DNA of 64,000 nt, from the NCBI GenBank assembly GCA_024400755.1, contig JAKSMG010000006.1, positions 17,361 through 81,360 on the forward strand. The letters are read 5' to 3'. Positions 42,330 to 53,554 of this stretch are shown here, one piece after another (position 1 is the first letter of the stretch; each line of letters begins with the position of its first letter). Both the position numbers and the translations under genes were made by a program. The notes below the pieces were generated by a model. That model had not been told where the DNA came from, made no database searches, and saw only the letters and a program-made list of their open reading frames with translations. This stretch comes from Bacteroidales bacterium (GTDB taxonomy: Bacteria > Bacteroidota > Bacteroidia > Bacteroidales > WCHB1-69).

Positions 42330-43289
42330 ATGGCCAAAACCTTTTATCATTTTAATACGAAAACCCTTTCGTTTGAAAAGGTTAAGTTGAGCGTAAAAGA
42401 CATCGTCAAGCGTGTGCTGTGGATCTTTGCCAGTGCCTTGACTTTTGCGGCCATTTTTATTTGGATTGCATTTTATTTGATTGATTCTCCAAAGGAAAAG
42501 ATGCTTCAACAGGAGAACGAAAAACTGAAAGCTCAAATCAAAAGTCTGGACAAACGCCTGGATGTGATGTCGGACGCCTTGGCGGATATTGAAAATCGTG
42601 ATGACAATATTTATCGTGTCATTTTTGAAACCAATCCGCTGCCGGCCGAGCAGCGTTATCCCCAACTGTATGCGCAAAAAAACGCTCATTTGGACAACGG
42701 AGACGCTTTTGAATTGATGAAGGGCGTTTCTGATAAGGCTGATCGACTTATTGTGCAGTTGTCGGCCCAATCGCGTTCTTTCGATACGATTGCTTACGTG
42801 GCCCAGCGAAAATCCGATATGCTGATGTCCATTCCGGCTATTCGTCCTATGAAGAACATCCATTCTGTCACTTCCGGTTTTGGTCGCCGTTATCATCCTA
42901 TTTTGAAAACGATGAGAATGCACACGGGCGTAGATATTGCCGCACCTAAGGGTACGCCTATCTATGCGACTGCCGACGGCCGTGTCAGCAGTCAAACGGG
43001 TGGCAGCGGATATGGTATTACGGTGGTTATCAATCACGGTTATTCCTACCAGTCGTTGTATGCGCATTTGTCTAAAAAGACGGTAAAACCTGGAGAAAAG
43101 GTTAAACGTGGACAATTGATTGGCTATGTGGGAAATACGGGCTTGTCATTTGGTCCCCATCTTCATTATGAAGTCATCAAGGGCGGCGTGAAAGTAAACC
43201 CCGTTCACTATTTCTTTGACGATATCACTCCTCAGGAATACGATGCCATTCTTGAATCTTCTAAAATTGTTAACCAAGCGTTGTCTTAA
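42330..43289 (+). CDS. M23 family metallopeptidase
   Basis: HTGVDIAA ... GNTGLSFGPHLHYEV zinc-binding motifs. An N-terminal TM anchor is present. Confidence 0.85.
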   Translation: MAKTFYHFNTKTLSFEKVKLSVKDIVKRVLWIFASALTFAAIFIWIAFYLIDSPKEKMLQQENEKLKAQIKSLDKRLDVMSDALADIENRDDNIYRVIFETNPLPAEQRYPQLYAQKNAHLDNGDAFELMKGVSDKADRLIVQLSAQSRSFDTIAYVAQRKSDMLMSIPAIRPMKNIHSVTSGFGRRYHPILKTMRMHTGVDIAAPKGTPIYATADGRVSSQTGGSGYGITVVINHGYSYQSLYAHLSKKTVKPGEKVKRGQLIGYVGNTGLSFGPHLHYEVIKGGVKVNPVHYFFDDITPQEYDAILESSKIVNQALS

Positions 43290-43301
43290 AAATCTGCGGA
43301 T

Positions 43302-44225
43302 ATGGAATTCAAAAGTTTTTATAGAAAAATCAAGCAGCTTTTTAAGGATATTTCTGCCAATTGGAAAACGCATTATCGTTTGACGATTAAGACGGAGGAA
43401 AATCATGCGGAGAAGTTTTCGCTGATCTTGACCCCGCAACGAATTTTTGTCATCGTGGGTTCTGCGGCGGTTTTCCTCATTGCACTTACCGCTTTGATTA
43501 TCAGCGTTACGCCTTTGAAATACTACATTCCGGGCTATACGACCTTGGAAGAACACAAGTTATACTTGAATGTATCGGCTCAGGTGGATTCTATGTCTCT
43601 TTTGGCACAACAAAATCAGCAGTATTTAGACAACTTGTATAATATCTTGAATGATCAAATTGAGGAAGATGAAAATAGTATGGACGGTGAGGGTTCTCAA
43701 ACTGCCAGCCACGATTTGACAGAGCGGGACAATGCACAGAAAGAGGCGATGGAAGAAGTCGATAATCAGGCCAATATGCTGTTGTCAAATAATGTGAGGA
43801 CGGAAGAGGACAATAGCAAAATTCCTGTAACACATCGGGCGAATATCAGTAATATTACGCTTTATACTCCTACAACCGGAATGATTGTGAAGAATTTTGA
43901 TATGGCCAGCAATCATTATGGCATTGATATTCAGAATAAAAAGCATACGATCATTACTTGTGTGGCCGACGGCATTGTTATTTATTCAGGATTTGATCCT
44001 ATTAGTGGAAATACCTTGGTCGTGCAGCATCCCGGCAATATCATTTCCATTTATATGCATGCGGATGTGTTGCTTAAGTCGGTGGGTACGAAGGTAACTA
44101 TGGGTGAAGCCATTGCCAAGATGGGAATGAGTGGCAATGATGATATAAAAGGTCCTCATTTGCATTTTGAATTATGGTACAACGGATTTCCTGTTAATCC
44201 GTTGGATTATATCGTTATTAAATAA
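43302..44225 (+). CDS. M23 family metallopeptidase (paralog)
   Basis: HYGIDIQ ... GMSGNDDIKGPHLHFELW motifs. Confidence 0.8.
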   Translation: MEFKSFYRKIKQLFKDISANWKTHYRLTIKTEENHAEKFSLILTPQRIFVIVGSAAVFLIALTALIISVTPLKYYIPGYTTLEEHKLYLNVSAQVDSMSLLAQQNQQYLDNLYNILNDQIEEDENSMDGEGSQTASHDLTERDNAQKEAMEEVDNQANMLLSNNVRTEEDNSKIPVTHRANISNITLYTPTTGMIVKNFDMASNHYGIDIQNKKHTIITCVADGIVIYSGFDPISGNTLVVQHPGNIISIYMHADVLLKSVGTKVTMGEAIAKMGMSGNDDIKGPHLHFELWYNGFPVNPLDYIVIK

Positions 44226-44235
44226 ATTATCCATT

Positions 44236-45222
44236 ATGGAAAATAATATTACGCTTGATCCGGCCAATGTGATAGGCATATACGGACAAAACAATTCCAA
44301 TATAGATTTGCTTCGCAATATTTATCCTAAAATAAAAATCACCGCACGGGGAAATGAGGTAAAGGTGACGGGAGAAGATAGTGAAGTGGAGCTTTTTGTC
44401 ACTCGTTTTGAATTGTTGCTAAAACATTATGAACAATTTGGCAAAATTGATGAAAATGACATTTTGAACATTACCGCTTCCGAAGATGATAGTTTTTATA
44501 GGATGGACAGTAGCGGCATTGTAGATAATATTATTTTGCACGGACGCGAAGGTCGTGTTATCAAGGCCATTACGCCAAATCAGCGGAAAATGGTGGAAAG
44601 TGCAGCAAAAAATGATATGGTATTTGCCATTGGACCCGCGGGAACCGGAAAAACCTATACGGCGGTGGCTTTGGCGGTGCGTGCCTTGAAAAACAAACAG
44701 ATACGTCGTGTCATCTTAACTCGTCCCGCTGTGGAAGCAGGCGAGAATTTAGGTTTCCTGCCCGGCGATTTGCGTGATAAATTAGATCCGTATTTGCAAC
44801 CACTTTATGATGCCTTATGGGATATGATGCCGATGCAGAAGCTGATTTCATATATGGATGACAAAACCATTGAAATTGCTCCTTTGGCTTTTATGCGTGG
44901 GCGTACCTTGGACAATGCCTACGTGATTTTGGACGAGGCACAAAATGCTACCGAAAGCCAAATCAAGATGTTCTTGACCCGTATGGGACGTAATGCCAAA
45001 TTCTTTATCACTGGTGATATTACCCAAATTGATTTGCCTAAGCATCAAAAATCGGGTTTGGTGAACGCCGGCCGCGTGTTGAAAGGGGTGAAGGGCATCG
45101 ATTTTATTTATATGGATAATGGGGATGTCGTTAGACATCAATTGGTTACGAAGATTATCCAAAGGTATGAGCAGTGGGAGGAAGCAAAAAGCAAGGAGGT
45201 GGATGCCGGTGAAGACAAGTAG
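44236..45222 (+). CDS. phoH: PhoH-like ATPase
   Basis: GPAGTGKTY Walker A and ILDEAQN Walker B. The start is moved to MENNITLD at 44236. Confidence 0.9.
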   Translation: MENNITLDPANVIGIYGQNNSNIDLLRNIYPKIKITARGNEVKVTGEDSEVELFVTRFELLLKHYEQFGKIDENDILNITASEDDSFYRMDSSGIVDNIILHGREGRVIKAITPNQRKMVESAAKNDMVFAIGPAGTGKTYTAVALAVRALKNKQIRRVILTRPAVEAGENLGFLPGDLRDKLDPYLQPLYDALWDMMPMQKLISYMDDKTIEIAPLAFMRGRTLDNAYVILDEAQNATESQIKMFLTRMGRNAKFFITGDITQIDLPKHQKSGLVNAGRVLKGVKGIDFIYMDNGDVVRHQLVTKIIQRYEQWEEAKSKEVDAGEDK

Positions 45223-46264
45223 GTATTTGCTTTTTCCAATTGCCTGGATTTATGGGGCGGTGGCGGCATTGCGGCGCTGGTCCTATCGTCGCGGATTGCT
45301 CATATCGTTTGTTTCTCCCGTGACGACCATTGCGGTGGGCAATTTGTCCGTGGGCGGAACCGGAAAAACCCCTCATGTGGAATACCTGATTAGACTTTTG
45401 TCTGATAAATTTGACATTGCAACCTTGAGTCGAGGGTACAAGCGCAAAACCAAGGGCTTTGTCTTGGCAAATGACATTGACGATGCTGCCCTGTCGGTCG
45501 AAACTATTGGTGATGAGCCGTTGCAGTTTTATACGAAGTTTCCAAGGATTAAAGTGTCTGTGGCGGAACAGCGAAAAGTAGGACTGCAACAATTGCATTC
45601 GAGATTTCCCCAACTGCAATGCGTCATTTTGGATGACTGTTACCAACATTTGCAGGTGGAGCCAAAATGTAGAATTTTGCTCACGGAATTTCATCAACCA
45701 TATTGCGATGATTTTCCCGTGCCGATGGGAAGACTTCGTGAATTTAAGTCCGCAGCTCGTTGGGCAGATATGGTCATCGTGACCAAGTCACCGACAGAAT
45801 TGCCGCTTGATCAAAAGGAAGTTTGGCGAAAACGATTGGACTTGAAAAAAAATCAACAGTTGTTTTTTACTACGATGAAATATGGCGAATGGCATCCATT
45901 AACCGACATTGCTCATAAAAAGCAAGTCGATTCCACAACGGAAGTGGTTTTGTTGACCGCCATTGCCCATCCGGAACCTTTATTGGATTTCTTGAAACCA
46001 AAATATAGGATTATCAAGCATTTTCAATTTTCTGATCATCATTATTTTTCAAAAAATGAAATAGAAAATATTTATAATCAATATTTTGCAAATCATTCTG
46101 AAAATCGAATTTTGTTAACGACCGAAAAAGACAGTATGCGTTTGCTATATCAAGAATTAGGAGAATTTGTTGGTCGGATGCCTTTGTTTTCCATTCCCAT
46201 CGAAGTAGAATTTTTATTTGCTGAAAAGGATAAGTTTGATCAAATAATTATAAGTAATTTGTAA
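45203..46264 (+). CDS. lpxK: tetraacyldisaccharide 4'-kinase
   Basis: GNLSVGGTGKTP P-loop typical of LpxK. The start is set at the internal Met (MPVKTSRYLLFP). Confidence 0.85.
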   Translation: MPVKTSRYLLFPIAWIYGAVAALRRWSYRRGLLISFVSPVTTIAVGNLSVGGTGKTPHVEYLIRLLSDKFDIATLSRGYKRKTKGFVLANDIDDAALSVETIGDEPLQFYTKFPRIKVSVAEQRKVGLQQLHSRFPQLQCVILDDCYQHLQVEPKCRILLTEFHQPYCDDFPVPMGRLREFKSAARWADMVIVTKSPTELPLDQKEVWRKRLDLKKNQQLFFTTMKYGEWHPLTDIAHKKQVDSTTEVVLLTAIAHPEPLLDFLKPKYRIIKHFQFSDHHYFSKNEIENIYNQYFANHSENRILLTTEKDSMRLLYQELGEFVGRMPLFSIPIEVEFLFAEKDKFDQIIISNL

Positions 46265-46362
46265 TCAACATTTTAAGCATATTTTGTTTATTTGTTGTTT
46301 TAATATTTAGGTTGATTGCATAGAAATTAGTTGAAATAGAAATTTATATTGAACTTTTTATT

Positions 46363-46370
46363 AATTTTGC
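46363..46370 (+). promoter_or_regulatory. -7 promoter motif TAATTTTG upstream of the PNP gene
   Basis: TAnnTTTG match 19 nt upstream of the ATG at 46389. Confidence 0.4.
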
Positions 46371-46388
46371 GAAATAAATAGAATTGTC

Positions 46389-47201
46389 ATGATAGATAAA
46401 ATCAAAGAAACAGTAGCTTTTTTGAAAAATAGTTTTTCAGGTTATCCTCGTATTGCCATCGTTTTGGGTTCGGGTTTAGGCGGCTTGGTGGATTGTTTGA
46501 AGATAGAGAAGGAGATCCCTTATTCGGAAATCCCCAATTTTCCTATTTCCACGGTGCGTGGCCATAAGGGTTCTTTGATTTATGGAACCTTGAATGGAGT
46601 TGAGGTGATGGTCCAAAACGGACGTTTTCATCATTATGAAGGTTATGATCTGAAAACGGTGACTTTCCCTATTCGCGTGTTTAAGGAACTTGGTGTTAGC
46701 ATTGTCATTTTGTCCAATGCGGCGGGAGGAATGAATCCGTCATTTAAGATTGGGGAAATGATGCTGATTCGTGACCATATCAATTTATTTGGCGACAATC
46801 CTTTGATTGGCAAGAATTACGATGAGTGGGGACCACGTTTTTTGGATATGAGCGAAGCTTATTCCAAAAGAATTCGAAATATTGCTTTTGAAACGGCTAA
46901 GAAGTTGAATATTCATATGCAGGAAGGCGTATATGTCGGCGTGACTGGTCCGTGTTTTGAAACGCCATCCGAATACCGAATGTACCACGCTATGGGTGGC
47001 GACGCGGTGGGAATGTCAACCGTTCCCGAAACCATCGTGGCTCGTCATTGTGGAATGGAAGTCTTTGCTTTGTCCATCATCACCGACTTGGGCATTGTGG
47101 GAGTGGTAGAGCGTGCTTCACACGATGAGGTTTTGAAAGCCGCCGCCGCTGCCGGACCTCACATGGTGCAGTTGGTTTACGAGATGATGCCTCAATTGTA
47201 A
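46389..47201 (+). CDS. purine nucleoside phosphorylase (PNP/MTAP trimeric family)
   Basis: GSGLGG, GRFHHYEG and SNAAGG motifs. Confidence 0.9.
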   Translation: MIDKIKETVAFLKNSFSGYPRIAIVLGSGLGGLVDCLKIEKEIPYSEIPNFPISTVRGHKGSLIYGTLNGVEVMVQNGRFHHYEGYDLKTVTFPIRVFKELGVSIVILSNAAGGMNPSFKIGEMMLIRDHINLFGDNPLIGKNYDEWGPRFLDMSEAYSKRIRNIAFETAKKLNIHMQEGVYVGVTGPCFETPSEYRMYHAMGGDAVGMSTVPETIVARHCGMEVFALSIITDLGIVGVVERASHDEVLKAAAAAGPHMVQLVYEMMPQL

Positions 47202-47611
47202 ACCAATAGGGCAACGCCGTCGTAACGACATTTGTAGTGTTTTAAGGATAAAGAGGTGGGGCCATCAACGGGACTGCCATCCAAAATGCTGAATTTTGCG
47301 CCGCAATGGTCGTCAACGATGAGCAATCCGCCTGGATCAACCCAAAGCCAGGAATCTTTGTCTTCCCAATCGTAGGGACAGGCACGGTCGTAGGCAAAAA
47401 ATGTTGATTCATCCAAACGGTACACAATGACACCGGCAACACCACCGGTAAAATATTGATATCCTCCGTAATGATTTAGTTCAGAATAAGTTACACTATT
47501 TGGATAAATGGTGAATCGTAAATCCACGTTGGGAATGGTACTATGCTCATATCTTCCGTTACACGAAGCAAGTAGTAATCCGATAAATAATAATCCTAAT
47601 ATTTTTTTCAT
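47192..47611 (-). CDS. hypothetical lipoprotein
   Basis: Lipobox LLASCNG. No confident family assignment. Confidence 0.5.
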   Translation of the reverse strand: MKKILGLLFIGLLLASCNGRYEHSTIPNVDLRFTIYPNSVTYSELNHYGGYQYFTGGVAGVIVYRLDESTFFAYDRACPYDWEDKDSWLWVDPGGLLIVDDHCGAKFSILDGSPVDGPTSLSLKHYKCRYDGVALLVYN

Positions 47612-47717
47612 TTTAGTATAAATCTAAATGCAAAAGTACAATTTTTTTCGCAATCCAAAAAAATTTGTATTTTTGCAAATTATATACATTGGAATAAAAT
47701 TTAAAATATTTTCAATC

Positions 47718-49541
47718 ATGGAACAAGAAAATGTTATTAAACCTAAGAAAAAAGAGACGAATGCACGAAAATTCTGGCGTATTGTTTTTGGAACAATGGT
47801 CGGTTTTATTTTTATGTCCATTATTACTTCATTTTTGTCTTTGTTGATGTTTGTCGCGATGATTGCGTCAATGGGCAAGACCGAAACGGTAGTGCTTCAG
47901 GACAATTCTATTTTGAAGTTGGATTTGCAGAAGCCGATTGTGGAACAGGCCGAGGACAATCCTTTCGATATGTTTGGCGATGAATTTTCTAAATATTATC
48001 AGTCAACGATAGGTTTGGATGATGTGTTGGCCTGTATTCATTCGGCAGCCATCGATCCAAAAATCAAAGGTATCTACATTAGTTCTCCGGGAGTGGGAGC
48101 TTCTCCAGCCACGTTGAAGGAAATTCGTGATGCTTTGGTGGCATTCAAGAAATCGGGTAAATTTATTTACGCCTACGCCGATAATTATACACAAGGCGGA
48201 TATTATTTGTCTTCAGTGGCCGACAAGGTGACAATGAGCACTACGGGCATTATGCAATTCAAGGGAATGGCTATGCAGGTGATGTTTTACAAGGGACTTC
48301 TGGATAAATTGGATATTGAGGTTCAAGTTATTCGTCACGGAAAATTCAAGAGTGCCGTCGAACCTTATTTGATGGATAAGATGAGTGAAGCCAATCGTGA
48401 ACAAATGACTCTGTTAGCCAATACGTTGTGGGAAACGATGGTCAATGATGTGGCCGCTTCAAGAAAAATTTCCAAAGAAGATTTGAATTTAGCGGCAGAT
48501 GAACTGTTTTTTGGAACAGCCAGCAAGGCATTGGATAAAAAATTGATTGACAAAACCTGCTATAAATCAGATGTTACAACAGATTTGATGAAGTTGGTTA
48601 GCGCTGCCGATGCTAAAGATTTGCGTTTAGTCAATATTCCAGAATATACCAAGTGTCTGAAAAAAGAATCTTCTTCTTCAAATAATGAGATTGCCTTGAT
48701 TTATGCCGCCGGACAAATTATGGATGGTGAATCTGGCAAGGATATTATGGGCTCCGAAACGATGGTGGAATTGATTCGTGAAGCTTACCAAAATGAAAAC
48801 GTGAAAGCGATTGTTTTGCGTGTCAATTCTCCTGGTGGTGATGGAACCGCTTCCGACATCATCTGGCATGAAATCGAATTGGCCAAGGCAGCCGGAAAGG
48901 TGGTTGTGACATCAATGGGCGATTATGCCGCTTCTGGTGGTTATTATATTTCCTGTAATTCTGATTTTATTGTGGCTCAACCCAATACGCTGACCGGTTC
49001 CATTGGCGTTTTCGGTATGGCACCTTCTTTTGAAAAAGCTCTGAAAAACAAATTGGGAGTTACCATCGATGTGGTAAAAACCAATAAACACGCCGACGGG
49101 GCTTCCGGTTTCCGTGCGTTGGACGAGGAAGAGTTGGCTATTTGGCAAGGTTTTGTTGATGAGTTCTACGGCATTTTCACCAAGCGTGTGGCAGATGGTC
49201 GTGGAATGACACAAAGTGCGGTGGATTCAATTGGTCAAGGTCGTGTTTGGGCTGGTGCCGATGCCTTGAAAATTGGTTTGGTTGACCAATTGGGCAACAT
49301 TAACGATGCTATTGCCAAGGCTGCGGAATTGGCTAAAATCAAAGATTATAAGGTTATCTATTATCCTGAAAAGAAAGATTTTTGGGCTAAATTGCTGGAA
49401 AAGGGTAGTGATGACAATAAGGTTCAGGCAGCCATAAGAAGCGAATTGGGAGACCAATACTATATTTATGAAGGTCTTAATCAGATCAAGAGAGCCAAGG
49501 GTATTCAGGCCTTGATGCCTATGCAAATACAGTTTGAATAA
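47718..49541 (+). CDS. sppA: signal peptide peptidase SppA, 67K type
   Basis: Two ClpP/crotonase-like halves, with MGDYAASGGYYIS and GSIGV motifs. The start is set at MEQENV, with a TATTTTTG promoter motif at 47668-47675. Confidence 0.85.
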   Translation: MEQENVIKPKKKETNARKFWRIVFGTMVGFIFMSIITSFLSLLMFVAMIASMGKTETVVLQDNSILKLDLQKPIVEQAEDNPFDMFGDEFSKYYQSTIGLDDVLACIHSAAIDPKIKGIYISSPGVGASPATLKEIRDALVAFKKSGKFIYAYADNYTQGGYYLSSVADKVTMSTTGIMQFKGMAMQVMFYKGLLDKLDIEVQVIRHGKFKSAVEPYLMDKMSEANREQMTLLANTLWETMVNDVAASRKISKEDLNLAADELFFGTASKALDKKLIDKTCYKSDVTTDLMKLVSAADAKDLRLVNIPEYTKCLKKESSSSNNEIALIYAAGQIMDGESGKDIMGSETMVELIREAYQNENVKAIVLRVNSPGGDGTASDIIWHEIELAKAAGKVVVTSMGDYAASGGYYISCNSDFIVAQPNTLTGSIGVFGMAPSFEKALKNKLGVTIDVVKTNKHADGASGFRALDEEELAIWQGFVDEFYGIFTKRVADGRGMTQSAVDSIGQGRVWAGADALKIGLVDQLGNINDAIAKAAELAKIKDYKVIYYPEKKDFWAKLLEKGSDDNKVQAAIRSELGDQYYIYEGLNQIKRAKGIQALMPMQIQFE

Positions 49542-50365
49542 TGAATGCAGAGTTTTTGTCCAATGCCTTTCATATTTACCTTTGGGTAATGATAGGTATG
49601 GCGGTGATCGTTTTTGTGGCATTGCAGTTTTTCAATGCCGGTTATGGTATGATGTATGCTAAAAACACCAAAAATACCGTAAAACTAGGACCGCCAATCA
49701 ATAATAAAGTCGCTTGGTTCTTTATGGAAGTGCCCGTTTTTTTGGTGATGATAGTCCTTTGGCTTTGTTCACCCCACAAATTTGAAACGGTTCCTTTTAT
49801 ATTTTTCCTGATTTTTGAACTGCATTATTTTCAGCGTTCACTCATCTTTCCCTGGTTGATGAAAGGCAAGAGCAAAATGCCTATCAGCATTATGATTATG
49901 GGAATCTGCTTTAATATTCTCAATGCGTTGATGCAGGGCTATTGGATTTTCTACGAATCTTTTTACGAAAACTATGCTGTGGGAGGTTTGCATTATACCG
50001 ATTTGGCTTGGTTGTATTCTCCCCAATTCATCATTGGAACGTTCATTTTTTTCATTGGATTTGTCATCAATCTTCATTCTGATTATATCATTCGTCATTT
50101 GAGGAAGGATGATAATGACACCAAGCATTATCTTCCGAAGGGTGGAATGTTTAAATACGTCACTTCTGCCAATTATTTGGGCGAGTTGACCGAATGGCTG
50201 GGCTTTGCCATTCTGACCTGGTCGATGGCGGGTTTGGTGTTCTTTATTTGGACATTTGCCAATTTGGTACCCCGTACGAGAAGCATTTATCAACATTACC
50301 AGGAAGAATTCGCAGAAGAAATGAAAGAAAGGAAGCTGAAAAAGGTATTTCCGTTTGTGTATTAG
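49541..50365 (+). CDS. steroid 5-alpha-reductase-like membrane oxidoreductase
   Basis: C-terminal PKGGMFKYVTSANYLGELTEWLGFA motif. Confidence 0.7.
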   Translation: MNAEFLSNAFHIYLWVMIGMAVIVFVALQFFNAGYGMMYAKNTKNTVKLGPPINNKVAWFFMEVPVFLVMIVLWLCSPHKFETVPFIFFLIFELHYFQRSLIFPWLMKGKSKMPISIMIMGICFNILNALMQGYWIFYESFYENYAVGGLHYTDLAWLYSPQFIIGTFIFFIGFVINLHSDYIIRHLRKDDNDTKHYLPKGGMFKYVTSANYLGELTEWLGFAILTWSMAGLVFFIWTFANLVPRTRSIYQHYQEEFAEEMKERKLKKVFPFVY

Positions 50366-50401
50366 TATAATCTACCAGAATTTCTAAACCTACTCGTTAT
50401 A

Positions 50402-51430
50402 ATGGATGATATTCGATATGTTTCTTTTGAGGAATTGCAGCAATTTGTCGTGTTGGCGGGCGAAAAGCCATTCCGTGCCAAGCAAATTAACGAATGGCTC
50501 TGGAAGAAAGGGGTGGGATCGTTTGAGGAAATGACCAATGTTTCCCAAATCCTTAGAGAAAAGTTGTCTAATTCCTTTTCTTTTCGGCGTGCGGTCATCG
50601 AAGTAGAAGCCAAAAGCAGCGATACCACCGTCAAGTTTGGTTTTCGTCTGTTTGATGGAAAAATGATAGAAGGGGTGCTGATTCCTGCTGGTGATCGTGT
50701 TACTGCCTGTGTCTCTACCCAGGTGGGCTGTGCTATGCACTGCGCGTTTTGTGCCACGGGGCAGATGGGATTTATCCGAAATCTTCATTTTTCTGAAATC
50801 TTCGACCAGTTTATCTTAATGAATGCCAAGGCATTGGAGTATTATGGACATCCCATTTCCAATATCGTCTATATGGGAATGGGCGAGCCGCTGCTTAATT
50901 TTATGAATGTGATGAAGTCTATTGATTTGCTGACTTCCAAGGAGGGTCAAGGTTTGTCGCCGCAGCGGATTACCTTATCTACAGCGGGAATAACGGAAGG
51001 CATTCGCAAGTTGGCGGATATGGATTTCAAGCCCGGTTTGGCGGTGTCGCTGCACAGTGCCGATCCCAAAAAACGTATCCACCTGATGCCTGTCACGGAG
51101 CATAATCCTTTGGATGAGCTTCAGGACGCATTGAAATACTATCATCAAAAAACTGGTGAGCGGGTCACATTTGAATATCTCCTCTTGAATGGAATCAACG
51201 ACAGTCAGCGTGATGCGGAGGTGCTGGCGGCATATTGTAGGGCTTTCCCCGTGAAAATCAATTTGATAGAGTTTAATGCGACGGATTCACCGTTCCAAAA
51301 AAGTGAGCCGGAAAACGTTCGACGTTTTATTCAGTTCCTGGAATCAAGAAATATGGTGGTCAATCTTCGCCACAGCCGGGGCAAGGATATTGATGCGGCT
51401 TGTGGTCAGTTGATTAAAAAAAATATGTAA
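50402..51430 (+). CDS. rlmN: 23S rRNA/tRNA (adenine-C2)-methyltransferase, radical SAM
   Basis: FRAKQINEWLW N-terminus and the CAMHCAFCATG radical-SAM cluster. Confidence 0.9.
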   Translation: MDDIRYVSFEELQQFVVLAGEKPFRAKQINEWLWKKGVGSFEEMTNVSQILREKLSNSFSFRRAVIEVEAKSSDTTVKFGFRLFDGKMIEGVLIPAGDRVTACVSTQVGCAMHCAFCATGQMGFIRNLHFSEIFDQFILMNAKALEYYGHPISNIVYMGMGEPLLNFMNVMKSIDLLTSKEGQGLSPQRITLSTAGITEGIRKLADMDFKPGLAVSLHSADPKKRIHLMPVTEHNPLDELQDALKYYHQKTGERVTFEYLLLNGINDSQRDAEVLAAYCRAFPVKINLIEFNATDSPFQKSEPENVRRFIQFLESRNMVVNLRHSRGKDIDAACGQLIKKNM

Positions 51431-51462
51431 TTTTGCATTTTAAATCTTTAAAATAAATAGAA

Positions 51463-53514
51463 ATGGATTCAAATAAGAAAAGATACACGATTACTTCCGC
51501 ACTTCCCTATACCAACGGACCTGTTCACATTGGACATTTGGCAGGCGTTTATGTCCCTGCCGATATTTATGCTCGCTATTTGCGTTCAAATGGAAAGGAA
51601 GTGTTGTTTATTGGCGGTTCTGATGAACACGGTGTGCCTATTACCCTGAAGGCGAAGAAGGAAAACACCACCCCTCAGGCTATCGTGGATCGTTATCATA
51701 ATATCATCAAAAAGTCTTTTGAAGAATTAGGTATTTCTTTTGATATTTATTCCAGAACTTCCGGAGCTGAACACCACAAGACCGCTTCAGAATATTTTAC
51801 CAAATTATATAATGAAGGAAAACTGATAGAGCAGACCTCTCAACAATATTACGATGAAGTGGCGCAACAGTTTTTGGCCGATAGGTATATTACGGGAACT
51901 TGCCCCCACTGCGGTAACGAAAAGGCCTACGGTGACCAGTGCGAGGCGTGCGGTACCAGCTTGAATGCCACGGACTTGATTAACCCGAAATCTGTATTGA
52001 GTGGTAAAGCCCCGGTGATGAAGGAAACCAAGCATTGGTATCTGCCGTTGAACGAATACGAACCTTGGCTGAAAGAATGGATTCTTCAAGGCCATAAGGA
52101 AGACTGGAGAAGCAATGTTTATGGACAGTGCAAATCCTGGATTGAAGCCGGTTTGCAGCCGCGTGCCGTTACTCGCGACTTGGACTGGGGCGTGAAAGTG
52201 CCATTGACCGAAGCCGAAGGAAAGGTGCTTTATGTTTGGTTTGATGCTCCCATCGGTTATATTTCATTCACGAAAGAATGGGCGGCTGCTCACAATGACG
52301 ATTGGGAAAAATGGTGGAAAGACAAGGATACGCAATTGGTGCATTTTATCGGCAAGGACAATATCGTTTTCCATTGCATTATCTTCCCTTGTATGTTGAA
52401 AGCCGACGGAAGTTACATCCTTCCGGATAATGTTCCCGCCAATGAATTTTTGAATCTCGAAGGAGATAAAATCTCAACTTCCAAAAACTGGGCAGTATGG
52501 TTGCACGAGTATCTTGAAGATTTTCCGGGAAAGCAGGATGTGTTGCGTTATACGCTGACTTCCATTGCTCCTGAAACGAAAGATGCCGATTTCACCTGGG
52601 CTGATTTTCAGGCCAAGAACAACAATGAATTATTGGCTATTTTTGGAAATCTGGTCAATAGAACCGTCGTTTTGACGCATAAGTATTATGGTGGTGTGAT
52701 TCCGGAAATGGGCACGTTAACCGATTATGAGAAGGAAGTGATTGAAAAGATGAAGGAATTTCCAGCATTGATTGGAAATTCTATTGAAAAATATCGTTTC
52801 CGTGAAGCTCAGGCCGAATTGATGAACTTGGCACGTTTGGGAAATAAGTATTTGACGGATATGGAACCCTGGAAGAAGCAAAAGGAAGATCCGGAAAGCG
52901 TAAAGACGGTGATGCATCTGTCATTGCAGATTTGTGCCAACTTGTCGGTTTTGTGCGAACCTTTCCTGCCTTTCACAGCTAAAAAATTGCAGCAAATGCT
53001 GAATATCGATGTTCACGAGTGGAATAAGGGTGGTGCTTGCGATTTGTTAAAAGCTGGCGACAAAATCAATCCTGCGGAATATCTGTTTGTTAAGATTGAA
53101 GATGACGCCGTTGCTGCACAAGTGAAGAAGTTGGAGGATGCGAAAAAGGCCAATATGATGAATAACGCACCCGCCAAAGAAGCCAAAGCAGACATTACTT
53201 ATGATGATTTTCAGAAGATGGATTTGAGAATATGCACGGTATTGGCAGCCGAAAAGGTGGCAAAGACCAAGAAATTGTTGAAACTCAAGGTGAACACGGG
53301 TGTTGATGAACGAGAAATAGTTTCTGGCATTGCAGAATATTACGAGCCGGAATCGTTGGTGGGCAAGCAGGTTCTGATGTTGATAAACTTGGCGCCGAAG
53401 GAAATCAAGGGCGTTGCTTCGCACGGAATGGTCTTGATGGCAGAGAATGCCAATGGCGAATTGTCCCTGATACAGCCAGCCAAAGATTTAAAAGCCGGAA
53501 GTACGGTGCAGTAG
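51463..53514 (+). CDS. metG: methionine--tRNA ligase
   Basis: HIGH-type PVHIGHLAG, a zinc knuckle CPHCG...CEACG, a KISTSK (KMSKS) motif, and a C-terminal tRNA-binding domain. Confidence 0.95.
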   Translation: MDSNKKRYTITSALPYTNGPVHIGHLAGVYVPADIYARYLRSNGKEVLFIGGSDEHGVPITLKAKKENTTPQAIVDRYHNIIKKSFEELGISFDIYSRTSGAEHHKTASEYFTKLYNEGKLIEQTSQQYYDEVAQQFLADRYITGTCPHCGNEKAYGDQCEACGTSLNATDLINPKSVLSGKAPVMKETKHWYLPLNEYEPWLKEWILQGHKEDWRSNVYGQCKSWIEAGLQPRAVTRDLDWGVKVPLTEAEGKVLYVWFDAPIGYISFTKEWAAAHNDDWEKWWKDKDTQLVHFIGKDNIVFHCIIFPCMLKADGSYILPDNVPANEFLNLEGDKISTSKNWAVWLHEYLEDFPGKQDVLRYTLTSIAPETKDADFTWADFQAKNNNELLAIFGNLVNRTVVLTHKYYGGVIPEMGTLTDYEKEVIEKMKEFPALIGNSIEKYRFREAQAELMNLARLGNKYLTDMEPWKKQKEDPESVKTVMHLSLQICANLSVLCEPFLPFTAKKLQQMLNIDVHEWNKGGACDLLKAGDKINPAEYLFVKIEDDAVAAQVKKLEDAKKANMMNNAPAKEAKADITYDDFQKMDLRICTVLAAEKVAKTKKLLKLKVNTGVDEREIVSGIAEYYEPESLVGKQVLMLINLAPKEIKGVASHGMVLMAENANGELSLIQPAKDLKAGSTVQ

Positions 53515-53529
53515 AATCAAAATTTTTTG

Positions 53530-53537
53530 TATTTTTG
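53530..53537 (+). promoter_or_regulatory. -7 promoter motif TATTTTTG for tRNA-Leu
   Basis: TAnnTTTG match 18 nt upstream of the tRNA 5' end. Confidence 0.5.
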
Positions 53538-53554
53538 CACTCTCAAAAATGAAA

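Noticed and set aside
47192-47611. Rieske [2Fe-2S] domain in the 139-aa lipoprotein (ACPYD ... DHCGAKF).
   Set aside because: The CxH...CxxH ligand pattern is incomplete, because the first box has no His. At most this is a degenerate Rieske-like fold.
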